From assembly GCA_963754315.1 (NCBI GenBank), contig CAVWFS010000007.1, positions 320,001 to 384,000 on the forward strand: DNA of 64,000 nucleotides. The letters run 5' to 3'. This DNA comes from an uncultured Candidatus Rokubacteria bacterium (GTDB taxonomy: Bacteria > Methylomirabilota > Methylomirabilia > Rokubacteriales > CSP1-6). The translations under genes were made by a program, and so were the position numbers. Positions 30,637-40,136 of this stretch are shown piece by piece (positions within the stretch are counted from its first letter, which is position 1; each line of letters opens with the position of its first letter). Below the pieces are notes generated by a model. The model worked only from the letters and a program-made list of their open reading frames with translations, made no database searches and had not been told where the DNA came from.

Positions 30637-31307
30637 GGGGCGCCTCCCTCCCCTGCCTCCAGGGCCTGGTCGATGAGGATCAGAAGCCGGCCACGTACGC
30701 GCTCGGGGGTGGTGAGGTAGAGATCGAGACGCTCGATCTGCTCGGCCAGTCCCGGTAAGTCGAGCGCCGTTCTGAGCCATGCGGCAAAGTCGCCCCCACG
30801 CCGCCCAAGCCGTGCTCCCACCTCGACCATGTGCAGATAAATGGCGCTCGCATCCACGGTACTGAGCCCCTGACGGAACTCGGCCAGCGTACGCGCACTT
30901 GGTCCCAGCGGCACGGGAACCATACGCGACTGCTGGAAGTGAAAGGCACGCTGGAATTGCACCCGCGGGGGGGTATCCCCGCGCAGGTGACTATGGATGA
31001 TGGTGACCAGCTCTTCACGGAGGGCGGGGAGGCTGTCGTGCTGGAAGGGATCGACCACGGCCAGCCGCTCGGCGAGGGCCACGTCGCCCAGCTCGACGGC
31101 CGCCCATCGGGCGAAGTCGTTGCCATAGGCCGTGGTGACTGGGCGATGACGCAAGAAGTAGCCGTGGACGTGAAAGAACACCGAATCGTCGGGCGCTCCC
31201 TCCAGCCGCTCCATCAGCTCGCGGGCATCGTGGGCCTGCCGATCGAGCGCCTGACGTAGCTCGACACAAGCCGTGAACACGAAGGGCTGCTCCGCCTCGC
31301 GGCTCAT
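30633..31307 (-). CDS. DUF5752-like protein (TreT-associated)
   Basis: PFVFTAC, SVFFHVH, YGNDFARWA, LAERLA and ASAIYLHM; two-repeat layout. Confidence 0.72.
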   Translation of the reverse strand: MSREAEQPFVFTACVELRQALDRQAHDARELMERLEGAPDDSVFFHVHGYFLRHRPVTTAYGNDFARWAAVELGDVALAERLAVVDPFQHDSLPALREELVTIIHSHLRGDTPPRVQFQRAFHFQQSRMVPVPLGPSARTLAEFRQGLSTVDASAIYLHMVEVGARLGRRGGDFAAWLRTALDLPGLAEQIERLDLYLTTPERVRGRLLILIDQALEAGEGGAP

Positions 31308-34283
31308 GCGGCCCGCACCAGGAGGGCGACCGGAAAGCTGGCGAGGGCGGCCGCCACCGATATGGCTCCCCCCTCCACCTCGACCTCCTCACCGGTGAGC
31401 ACATTGTGAAAGCGCTCTCCCGCGTCGGCGGCCACCGCCACGCGGTTATCCTCGCCCCACGCCTCCCTGCCCAAGGGAGGATCCGCGAGGTTGCCGGCGG
31501 CCAACAGGCGCGGAACGAGGACGATCACGCTCTCCCCTCCCCTCACCCGGGCAAAGGCGCAGACGTGCTCGGCCCGCTCACCCTGAGCCTCGAGCGAGCG
31601 GTACTCACCAGTCTGAAACAGGAGCGTCTGGTGGCGGCGTAAGGCCAGAGCCTGCCGGATGACGAAGAGCTTGATACGACCATCTTCCTTGGTCTCGACC
31701 AGGCGCCGGGCCACCGTCGCGAGGTTTGGTGCGTCGGCGATCTCACGGTCCAACTCGGCCAGGGTCCGGCGGCGATGGGCGAAATCCACGGGCCGGCGAT
31801 TGTCAGGATCGGCCAAGCTCAAGTCCCACAGCTCGGTTCCCTGGTAGAGATCGGGCACTCCGGGCGCGGTGAGCTTCAAGAGCGTCTGGGCCAGCGACGC
31901 GTACATCCCCCAGCGGGCGACGTCACGCTGGAAGGGCACGAAGTCGGCCAGGAAGGCTCGGGAGGTTCGCGGATCAAGGATGGCGGCCACGAAGCGGGTC
32001 ACCGCCTGCTCGTAGTCCGGCGCCGGGTTGAGCCAGCTCGCATGAACCTTCGCTTCCCGAACGGCCTTGAACATGAACTGCTGGAGGCGCTTGACGAACT
32101 CGCCGAGCGACGTCGCGGAGAGCGGCTCCAGAGGCCAGACGCCCACCAGGGTCTGGTAGAGCAGGTACTCCTCGTTGGCATCCGGCACCGGCTGGCCGTC
32201 GAGCGTCGCCTTCTTTCCGCGATTGATCCGGCGCCAGGCGTGGACCCGGCGTCGCCATTCGCGTGGAAGCTCGGACAAGACGTTGATGCGAGTCCGCACG
32301 TCCTCGCTCCGCTTCGTATCATGCGTCGACGTGGTCAACAGCGCGGTGGGCCACCGGGCCTGACGCTCGAGGTTCAGACGATGAAACTCGTTGACGGCAA
32401 TCCCGAATCGATCAGGAGCCCCGCCCACCTCGTTGAGGGAGGTGAGACGGTGATAGCGGTAGAAGGCGGTGTCTTCCAGTCCTTTGGCCGTGATGGGGCC
32501 TGTCAACTGCTGAAACTTCCCCACGAAGGTCAGGTGCGCTTGCAGATCCGCTTCGCTGCGCGCGCCCGGGGCGCGCAGGCAGAGCAGGTCAGCGATGAAC
32601 GCGAAGATGGAGCCGCTCATGGCGGGGTTGCGCCGCCGAGCGAGTCCTACCGCCAGACCCACGTGCCACCGGTCCTGGTCGGTCACGCCGCTCGCGTCGA
32701 TGTAGGTCCGGTAGACGGGGAAGCTCGCGATGATTTCCCGCAGGGCCGTGGTCAGGCTGCGCGTGGTGAAGTCGCGTGATGCCCGGTGCTTCTCGGAGAT
32801 GCGCGCCAGCCGTCGGCCCAGGACCGCGATCTCGCCGGCCATCGAGGTATCGATGATGAGCTGCTTGGCGTCGTACACCACCTCGCGAAAATTCGGACGG
32901 GCGGCGATGAACCGCTCGTACGTGTCGCTCAGCGCGCGCTCGGCGGCACGGTGCACGAAGAGCCCGTTCACGGCGTTCAGGAAGTCGTAGCCCGTGGTGC
33001 CGGCGACCGGCCACCGCTCGGACAACTGCTCGTCGGGCATGAGGATCTTCTCGACCACGATGTAGAACGGACGAGCCCGGTCGGCTCCCGGCTCGGCGGC
33101 GCGGCGGTCGAAGTCGTCGAGGGACTGCTGCCGCCACCGACCTTGCTCGTCTTCTCCAGCGCCCTCGAGGGCGGCCGTTGCCTCCGCCTGCGCCAGGAAG
33201 CACCGCCGCTGGAGCTGACGCAGGTAGTCGGCGGGAGCCACGAGCCCGTCGGGATGGTCGATGCGAAGACCACTGACGGCGCCCTCCCGTACAAGGCGAA
33301 GGATGAGGCGGTGCGCTTCCTCGAACACGGCCGGTTCCTCCATTCGGATGGCGGCCAGGGAGTTGATGTCAAAGAAGCGCCGATAGTTGACCTCGTCCGT
33401 CGCCACTTGCCAGAAGGCGAGCCGGTAGGCTTGCATGCCGAGCAAGGCATCGAGACCGTCGAAGGTCGCCGGCTGACCCTTCACGCCGTTGAAGCGGGCG
33501 ACCGTTTCGTCGACGAGAGCGCCCACATCACGCGCTTCGGCCAGCAGGCTGGCCAGGCGGCGCTTGATGACCACGGATTCCCGGGCACGCTCGGCGCGGC
33601 GCTCCGCATCCGGATCCGTCCGGGCCGGCAAGTGGGTGAGCGCGGTGATGATGCTGTGCAGCTCCACCAGACGCGGATCGTCCTTGCCCAGCTTCGTTTC
33701 CAGCTCCTCCCGCCTGGCGTCGAGAATCTGGATGTAGGTCTCCGGAGCGAGCGGCAGCACGGTGTCGTAGTAGCGAACGATGAACTCACCGCCGCGGTAC
33801 TCGAGGGTCAGCTCTTGGTTCTCGAGGACCACGCCGTACTGATCGCCGAGGATCGGCAGGAGAACCTTGCCGCGCAGGCCCGGCTCGGGGGGCTCCCAGT
33901 CGATGTCGAAGTAGCCACTGTACGGCGAGGCGGGGCCATGCTCCAGGATATCCATCCACCAGGCATTCCGGCTGCCAGAGATTCCCATGTGGTTCGGAAC
34001 CACGTCGAGGAGCTGCCCCATGCCACGCTCCCGGAGGGCGGATGTGAGAGCCTGATAGTCGGCCTCGGAGCCAAGGGCAGGGTTGAAGCCGGTTGTGGTC
34101 GGCGATGTCGTAGCCGTGGGAGTCGTCCAGGCTCGTCATCAAAAATGGCGATAAATAACAGTCGCTTACCCCAAGATCGTGAAGATAAGGGACGAGCTCA
34201 CGGACCTCGGCGAATCCGAACCCGCGCGCGAGCTGGAGTCGATAGGTGGCCTGCGGAATACGGGCCGAGACCTCAGGGGGCAG
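31304..34283 (-). CDS. treY: Malto-oligosyltrehalose synthase; +1 frameshift near 34087; start uncertain
   Basis: IPQATYRLQL...SHGYDIADHN in one frame, then LDVVPNHMG, NYRRFFDIN, GLRIDHPDGL, VEKIL, AKGLEDTAFY and STHDTKRSED. Confidence 0.9.
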
Positions 34284-34287
34284 GCGG

Positions 34288-34791
34288 CTAGCCCCCGTAG
34301 AAGACCTTCTCGCCGAGGTCCTTGAGCCAGAGCGTGGCATCATCGGCCCGGCCGGCCGGTTCCGCGGCCACGGAGGCATCGACGACCTTGCCGACGAAAA
34401 TGGCGTGATCACCCTCCTCCACCGTCGACACCAGCTCGCACTCGATGGCGGCCGGCGCGCTCAGCAATATGGGTGCGCCCGTCTTGCCCGCGCGGACGAG
34501 TTCGCCGCCGATCCGGTCGCCCTCACGGTGGGCTGGCTTGAAGAACGCGTAGGCGAGAGCGCTCTGTCCCTTGCCGAGAATGCTGAGCGCGAAGGACTTG
34601 GTCTCCTTGATCAGGCTGTGAGGCGACGAGCCGACCTTCACGCCCACCACCACCAGCGGTGGTTCGAACGAGGCCTGGGTGACCCAGTTGACGGTGGCGG
34701 CCGCCACGCGGCCATCGCTCGTCTCGGCAGTGAGCACGTACAGGCCATACGGGATCATGCGGAGCGCGGTCTTCTTGGCATTCGCATCCAT
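34288..34791 (-). CDS. Flavin reductase family protein
   Basis: LRMIPYGLYVLT, NWVTQASFEPP and GDHAIFVGKV. Confidence 0.9.
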   Translation of the reverse strand: MDANAKKTALRMIPYGLYVLTAETSDGRVAAATVNWVTQASFEPPLVVVGVKVGSSPHSLIKETKSFALSILGKGQSALAYAFFKPAHREGDRIGGELVRAGKTGAPILLSAPAAIECELVSTVEEGDHAIFVGKVVDASVAAEPAGRADDATLWLKDLGEKVFYGG

Positions 34792-34932
34792 GGATCGTTC
34801 AATCCTCCAGCGCTGAACGTCCGAACTTTTTCGTTCCGTGCCCGGTGGCGGGCGGCCTAATCGCCTCCGATGATTTTACGACAAAACCTGCCGTGGGCCG
34901 ACCTGCCGCTCGTGAGCGAGGGAATGTGGCCT

Positions 34933-34956
34933 CGTGTTCCTCAGCTGAGGAACACG
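34933..34956. promoter_or_regulatory. Perfect 24-bp palindrome (putative protein-binding or recombination site)
   Basis: CGTGTTCCTCAG|CTGAGGAACACG with no loop. Confidence 0.5.
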
Positions 34957-35186
34957 CCTCCAATTGAAGACCCCGCCGCCGAACCGCCTGAATCGGCCGC
35001 TCCGCCCGAGGAAACACCCACCTTAGGCTCAGCCGACGGATGAGAATGGCGACTTGATCGAGGATGAGGATCGAGTCCCAACTGCCTCGACCATCAGGCC
35101 AGTTTTCCACCTGGCGATACGGTCCGGTCTTTCGCGGGCTCGCCTAGGTGGATGTCCTCGGCTCTGACGTGGGGAAGCACGAACGA

Positions 35187-35218
35187 GGCCCGGGGGCAGG
35201 GCTGTCCGCCCCCGGGCC
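35187..35218 (-). terminator. Hairpin just downstream of the secreted-protein gene
   Basis: 11-bp stem GGCCCGGGGGC/GCCCCCGGGCC with a 10-nt loop; only a weak T-tract follows. Confidence 0.5.
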
Positions 35219-35230
35219 GGTGTTACGCGG

Positions 35231-36230
35231 TTACGGGCAGACCGCGCCCTTGACGGGGAAGTACAGGTCCCCGTTACTGATGCGCCCGAAGCACGTCTCG
35301 CCAGCGGCGATGTCACCGCCGATGTCGACCGTGGTCTCCACCGTGAGGTTGTCAGTGCCTTCCAGACAGCTGAAGTCCGCGTTCCTCAGGTCGAGCGCTA
35401 TGGTGAAGGTGTCGGCCGTCTTCTGCACAATGCGGATGAAGGTTTGCACGTTCGCGCCGGTGACGCCGTCCGTCACCTGGCCGGTGAATTGCTGCACCTT
35501 TCCACCCTGGAACTTCTTGAAGGAGTCCGGCGGGATCGTCAAGCTCGAGAAGGTGCCGCCGCACTGCGTCGCCTCCAACAGCTCGATGACGACCTGCTCA
35601 GTCGCCGGGTCGATCGCGGTGGCGGGCGTGAACTGGCCGACCCAGACGAGCCGGTCGTCCGTCACGCTTGGAGTCTTGAACTCGAACCTAGCGGTCATGA
35701 TCGGCGTCAACCCAACCGGGGGTTCGTCAGCAACGATGACGGCGATTGTCTTGTTGATCAGGAAGGGGCTGGGCCCACCATCTTGAAGCAGCCCGGCGCC
35801 GAACACTCCAGCGAATGCGATTCCGTCGATGTCCGGCATCGCACACGGGAACGGACCGAAGGTGTCGATGGTGTCGTCGGGCGGAATAATGACGTTGGTC
35901 AGGAGATTCGTGGATGCCCCGTTGGGTGCCCCTGTGGGACCGGGGCAAAAGAAATCGGCGGTCGCGACTACGACTTGACAGCCTATCTGGGTCGGGGCCG
36001 GGTCGGGAGGGGGGGGATTCTGCGATTGATTCTGGATCGTCACAGTAAAGTTGACGATCTCGCCCGGCGAAGCGAAGAGTTTGTCTCTGGAGATATTGGT
36101 TTGGAGGAGGTTGGCATTGCAGTTTGCCGGCATCCTGTGCGCTGGCCGCCGCTGGTAGCAGCAGCGCCAGGGCGATCGTCACCGCAAGCGCGGTCACGAT
36201 GGTCCGAGTCAAGGTACACATTCTCGTCAT
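35231..36230 (-). CDS. Secreted Cys-rich beta-sandwich protein (DUF11-like start); +1 frameshift near 36134
   Basis: Signal peptide MTRMCTLTRTIVTALAVTIALALLLPAAASAQ with AGGAG RBS joins MPANCNAN...ASPGEIVNFTVTIQN if one G is removed. The mature part has 8 Cys. Confidence 0.68.
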
Positions 36231-36836
36231 TCTCGTTCTCCTGTTCGGCGCGCGTTGATGGTGCCCCCTCTTCCACGGTCCAACACCGCGAGAGGAGTCA
36301 CTCGTTTCGCGAAATCAAACCTCGACGCCTGGTTGCCTCGATTCACTTCACGGAGATTCTCCCTCCCTTCTCGGGGCCCGTATCCTTGGAGGCGCACATC
36401 ATCGACCTGCCTCCTCTGTCCACCCCTGCGCCTTCGAGGGTTTGCCGCCGTCAGAGCCACGACGATCCCGACCCTACCAGGCTCGCGTTTCGGGACGATG
36501 ACGGGTACGTCACATCTACGCGCAACACGTAGGATCGCTAACCGATCCGCGAGCGTGGCTAAGCCTTCGCGATTGACTCTCGCCCCCCGCCCTCCGCAGA
36601 GTCGACCACCGAGTACGCAGCGAAGTGAATGCAGTCTTAGTGAAGTGGCCGCGGCTGTCTATTGCCCTGAAGGGCATGTCCCTTCGAGGCAGGCGAACTA
36701 CCTATTGAAGGAGGAGACCGCCCCTATGCTCACGGCTCCCGCCCCGGAGAAGTTGCGCTCACAGTCGCTGGCATGGCCCACGCCCCGACCGAGCAAGAAC
36801 AGCAGGCGGCATGCTCCTCCGATTCCACGACAGTGG

Positions 36837-37604
36837 TCATTTCGCAGAAGACAGGAGACGCTCGATGGCGTCCTTGAATGCCTGGTACGGCTGAGCCCCC
36901 GAAATCTTCAGCCCTGTGATCTGGGAACTGTCGGGGCTCGTCAGACCCACGACGAACGTGGGAGTGCCAGTAATCTGAAGCCGTTGCGCCTCGGCCAGGT
37001 CCTTGCGGATCCTGGTCACTGACGTTTCCTTATCCAGGCACTGATCGAAGGCCGCCACGTCCAACCCGAGTGCCTGGGCATGCTTCGATAGGTCCGGCCG
37101 AGCGAGTTGTCGTTGATTCGCAAAGAGGACGCCGTGCATCTCCCAGTATTTTCCCTGGTCGCCCGCGCAGTGAGTCGCCTCGGCTGCCTTCATGGCCAGC
37201 GGGTGAATGGATGCGAGCGGAAGGTCGCGGATGACGTACTTGACCTTGCCGGTCTGGATGTACTCTCGGTCCAACTGTGGGTACGTCTCACGGACGTAGC
37301 GGGCGCAGAAGGGTCACTGATAGTCAGTGAATTCCACCAATGTCACCTTGGCGTTGTTCTGCCCTTTGAAGGGCGCCCCGTCCACGTTGACGACGGCCTC
37401 CCTCGGTGGGGCAGCCGCGCTCGGTCTACCTTGCTGGAGGAGGCCTTTGATCTCCTGCAGTTCCTTGTAGATCGCCCCCTGCCCTTCCTTGAGCGCATCG
37501 ACATCCTTCTTCAGGGTCTTGAGATCGTCGGTGGTTTGAGCCAGGCCCAATGGCGTCCACAGTGTGATGACGGTCAGGGCCGCGAACACTAGAAGTTTTC
37601 GCAT
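36837..37604 (-). CDS. DsbA/thioredoxin-fold oxidoreductase with in-frame TGA (probable selenocysteine, UPFC)
   Basis: ORFs 37314..37604 and 36837..37274 are in the same frame: GTG GAA TTC ACT GAC TAT CAG TGA CCC TTC TGC = VEFTDYQ*PFC. Signal peptide, RDLPL, ITGTPTF cis-Pro loop and GAQP are present. Confidence 0.85.
37282..37298 (-). promoter_or_regulatory. Bacterial SECIS-like hairpin
   Basis: Starts 15 nt after the UGA: TACGTC-CGTGA-GACGTA, with G at loop position 2. Confidence 0.6.
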
Positions 37605-37619
37605 CAGATGCTCCTTTTG

Positions 37620-38486
37620 TCAGGGTCGTGGACTCAGCGAGCCTGTCGGCTCATGCCTACGAGCGCGTGTTGTCGAACTCTCCCGACTGCCTGGCGCCAC
37701 TCCCGCGCCTTTAGAAGGGCCCGGGCGAGAACGGCCGGCTGACCATCGCGGTTCCGTGGCGCGGCGGCTAAGGAGAAGGGCGAGCTGGAGGCGGTCCGAG
37801 ACTCCAAAGTTGCGAAACGCCTCCGTCAGGTGCGCCTTGACCGTTCTCTCGGAGATGTTTAGCCGCTTCGCGATGTCCTTGTTGCACGCTCCTCGAGTGA
37901 TCAAGTCAGCGACGAGGCGTTGCTGGGTCGTTAGGCCTTCCAGCCTTGGGTTCGCATTGGCGTCTTTCTGGCTGCGCTCGGTCAGGGATACGAGTTCGGC
38001 GACCAGACTGGGGATGAGCTCGCGCTGCACCCACATCCCGCCCTTGTGGAGGACCTGAGCGACCTTCTTGAGCTGGAGGCCATCAATGGCCCGCGAGCAG
38101 TACCCCTTGGCCCCCACCTTAAACGCCGCTATCGCTTCAGCCTCGGTGGGGGCATCGCTGAGGACCAGAGTCCGCGTCGAAGGGCTCAATCGCTGGATGT
38201 AGGGCACGCCCCGAACCCGTCCGAGGTGGGGAAGCGTCAAATCCAGCACCAAGATATGGGGCCTGAGGTTCACCACGACCTGCTCCAGCGCTTTCCGCTC
38301 GGCCACCTCGCAGATGGCAAATGTTTCCTGAAGCTTGTGACCCCACCGCTTACGGTTCTCGATAACCGGACTGGCGATCACCAAAGAACTCTTCCCCGCA
38401 GGTTCCCCAGGTAGCGCCGTGGCCCGGTACTGCGCAGGGCTGAGCCAGGGGTGCGCCCTGGTCTTACCGGAGGATCTAGAAGCCAT
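37620..38486 (-). CDS. NarL/LuxR-family response regulator (atypical receiver plus LuxR HTH)
   Basis: ILVLDLTLP, GAKGYC and LTTQQRLVADLITRGACNKDIAKRLNISERTVKAHLT. Start uncertain. Confidence 0.85.
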   Translation of the reverse strand: MASRSSGKTRAHPWLSPAQYRATALPGEPAGKSSLVIASPVIENRKRWGHKLQETFAICEVAERKALEQVVVNLRPHILVLDLTLPHLGRVRGVPYIQRLSPSTRTLVLSDAPTEAEAIAAFKVGAKGYCSRAIDGLQLKKVAQVLHKGGMWVQRELIPSLVAELVSLTERSQKDANANPRLEGLTTQQRLVADLITRGACNKDIAKRLNISERTVKAHLTEAFRNFGVSDRLQLALLLSRRATEPRWSAGRSRPGPSKGAGVAPGSRESSTTRARRHEPTGSLSPRP

Positions 38487-38557
38487 CGCCGGTCGATCCA
38501 ACATAACAGAAAAATTCGACCGAAAAAGTACCTCGTCTGTCACGTTTACGGGCGTAT

Positions 38558-38728
38558 ATGAAATTCGAGGAGGCACTCGGCCTCGGCTACGTCGGCCTCA
38601 CCGAGCCCCTGGAGCTCGCCCACGCCGGCTTCCCCGTCACCGGCTTCGATTTCGACCGGCTGCCCGCCGAGCAAACTCGCACGCCTGTGCTATGTGGCCG
38701 GCCTCCCCCACCAGGATCAGCCGCGTGA
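38558..38728 (+). pseudogene. Remnant of a nucleotide-sugar (UDP-glucose/GDP-mannose family) dehydrogenase N-terminus
   Basis: Not in the ORF track. It reads MKFEEALGLGYVGLTEPLELAHAGFPVTGFDFD..., matching the GLGYVGL...GF.VTGFD.D Rossmann start, then loses similarity. Confidence 0.65.
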
Positions 38729-39050
38729 GCCTGGCCGCCCTGCGCGGTAAACTCCTCGACGTCGACATCGCCGACGCCGCCCGCGACGCCATGAACACCC
38801 CGCTCAGCCCCGACGAGACCTACTCCGTCATCACCCGCGTGTCGAGGCGTCTGTCTGCGTAGTCGCCATGCCTCATCACCACCGGGAGGGGAAGGCGAGC
38901 AGGGAGCCCCTGCGGCCCCGGCCACCGCCCCCGACTGGTTCAAGGATCACGACGCGACTCAGGGCAAGGAGGGAACCAGCGATGACGTCCCCTTCGGGAC
39001 TGTTCCGGCGTGTCGTTGACGACGCCGCTCGTTGTCGACGGGTAGGTCGG

Positions 39051-39080
39051 TGGACACGGGCATATAAGTGCACCTATACT
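39051..39080 (+). promoter_or_regulatory. Leaderless promoter of the Xre gene with an overlapping palindromic operator
   Basis: TGGACA-18 nt-TATACT-7 nt-ATG. TATAAGTG|CACCTATA (39063-39078) is a 16-bp palindrome with one mismatch. Confidence 0.65.
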
Positions 39081-39087
39081 CTTCGGA

Positions 39088-39285
39088 ATGGCGACGTTGG
39101 CGCGGACGGTGAAGCGGGCCCGGCAGGCGCGGGGGCTCACGCAGACCCAGCTCGCGCAGGCGGCGCAGGTGTCGCAGGCGTTCATTAGCCAGCTCGAGGC
39201 CGGCGAGATCGGCGTGTTGACGTTACCGACGGCGCTCCGGCTGGCGAAGGTGCTCAAGATCGACGTGGCGAAACTGGCCGAGTAG
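39088..39285 (+). CDS. Xre/Cro-family helix-turn-helix regulator
   Basis: RARQARGLTQTQLAQAAQVSQAFISQLEAG...LRLAKVL. Confidence 0.88.
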   Translation: MATLARTVKRARQARGLTQTQLAQAAQVSQAFISQLEAGEIGVLTLPTALRLAKVLKIDVAKLAE

Positions 39286-39338
39286 AGATAGCAACGCCCC
39301 GGGCCGGCCAGCCCAGGGGCGCCGTGAAGAAAGGAACA

Positions 39339-40136
39339 ATGATGACAAGGGACAGTCTCTCACCCAGACCGGGTGCGAGCGGGGCAGAGAACCAAAAGGT
39401 TACAAGTGTAACCTCTTCTCCCTTGCCCCCCATGACCACGCGGGATCTCAAGCGCTATTCGCCGATCACCCCGGACGAGCGGACGCGCGTGGAGGCCGCT
39501 ATCACCCGGCTCGATCCGGACACGATGACACCCGAGCGCTGGCAACGCCTCGCTGATGCGCTGCGCAAGCCGCTCGAACGGGTGGACCGCGCTGCCATGG
39601 CCGGCTACCTCGAGATCGGCCGGTGGCTCGTGCGCGTGAAGGCGAAGGCCCGGCACGGGAGCTGGACGTGCTTGTTTCCCGGCAGCCGCAATGCGATCGA
39701 GTCGCCGCTCCCGCTCAGCGTGAAGAAGGCGAAAGCCCTCATGCGGTTCGCGGAGAACCCCGTCACCAGCAACCCGAAGAACTGGAACCGCCTGCCCACG
39801 GGAAGCTGGCGGACGATGGACGAGCTCACGCGACTCGGCCAGACCCTGAACCTGCAGGCGTTGATCAACCGAGGTGCTATCCATCCCCGAACCTCGATCC
39901 GCGAGGTCCTCGCGCTGAGCCGAGGTGAAGTTCCCTTGGTGGCCACCACCACTGCGAAAGATCGCGTGACCTCCACGCATGGCGTGGAGGTCGACCTGGA
40001 GGTCGACCCGCTTTACGACCTCGAACGCGCCCATCACTTCTACGCGGGTTCGAGGCCTGCGCTGATCGCCTGGCATCGCGAGAAGCTCGCCGGGCTGGAG
40101 ATGCCGGACGAGGACAACAAGGGGCGCGCCCGATGA
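39339..40136 (+). CDS. Mobile-element protein with DUF3102-like segment
   Basis: LEIGRWLVRVKAKARHGSW resembles the DUF3102 core. AAGGA RBS; ATGA overlap with the recombinase. Confidence 0.55.
   Translation: MMTRDSLSPRPGASGAENQKVTSVTSSPLPPMTTRDLKRYSPITPDERTRVEAAITRLDPDTMTPERWQRLADALRKPLERVDRAAMAGYLEIGRWLVRVKAKARHGSWTCLFPGSRNAIESPLPLSVKKAKALMRFAENPVTSNPKNWNRLPTGSWRTMDELTRLGQTLNLQALINRGAIHPRTSIREVLALSRGEVPLVATTTAKDRVTSTHGVEVDLEVDPLYDLERAHHFYAGSRPALIAWHREKLAGLEMPDEDNKGRAR

Noticed and set aside
36400..36450. c-di-GMP-I riboswitch (GGCAAACC on the minus strand)
   Set aside because: The GAAA tetraloop stem and the following GACGCAAAGC-like motif are absent.
38692..38862. Small ORF (..SLAALRGKLLDVDIADAARDAMN..)
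   Set aside because: It looks coding-like but has no recognisable family or clear start, so it is left unannotated.
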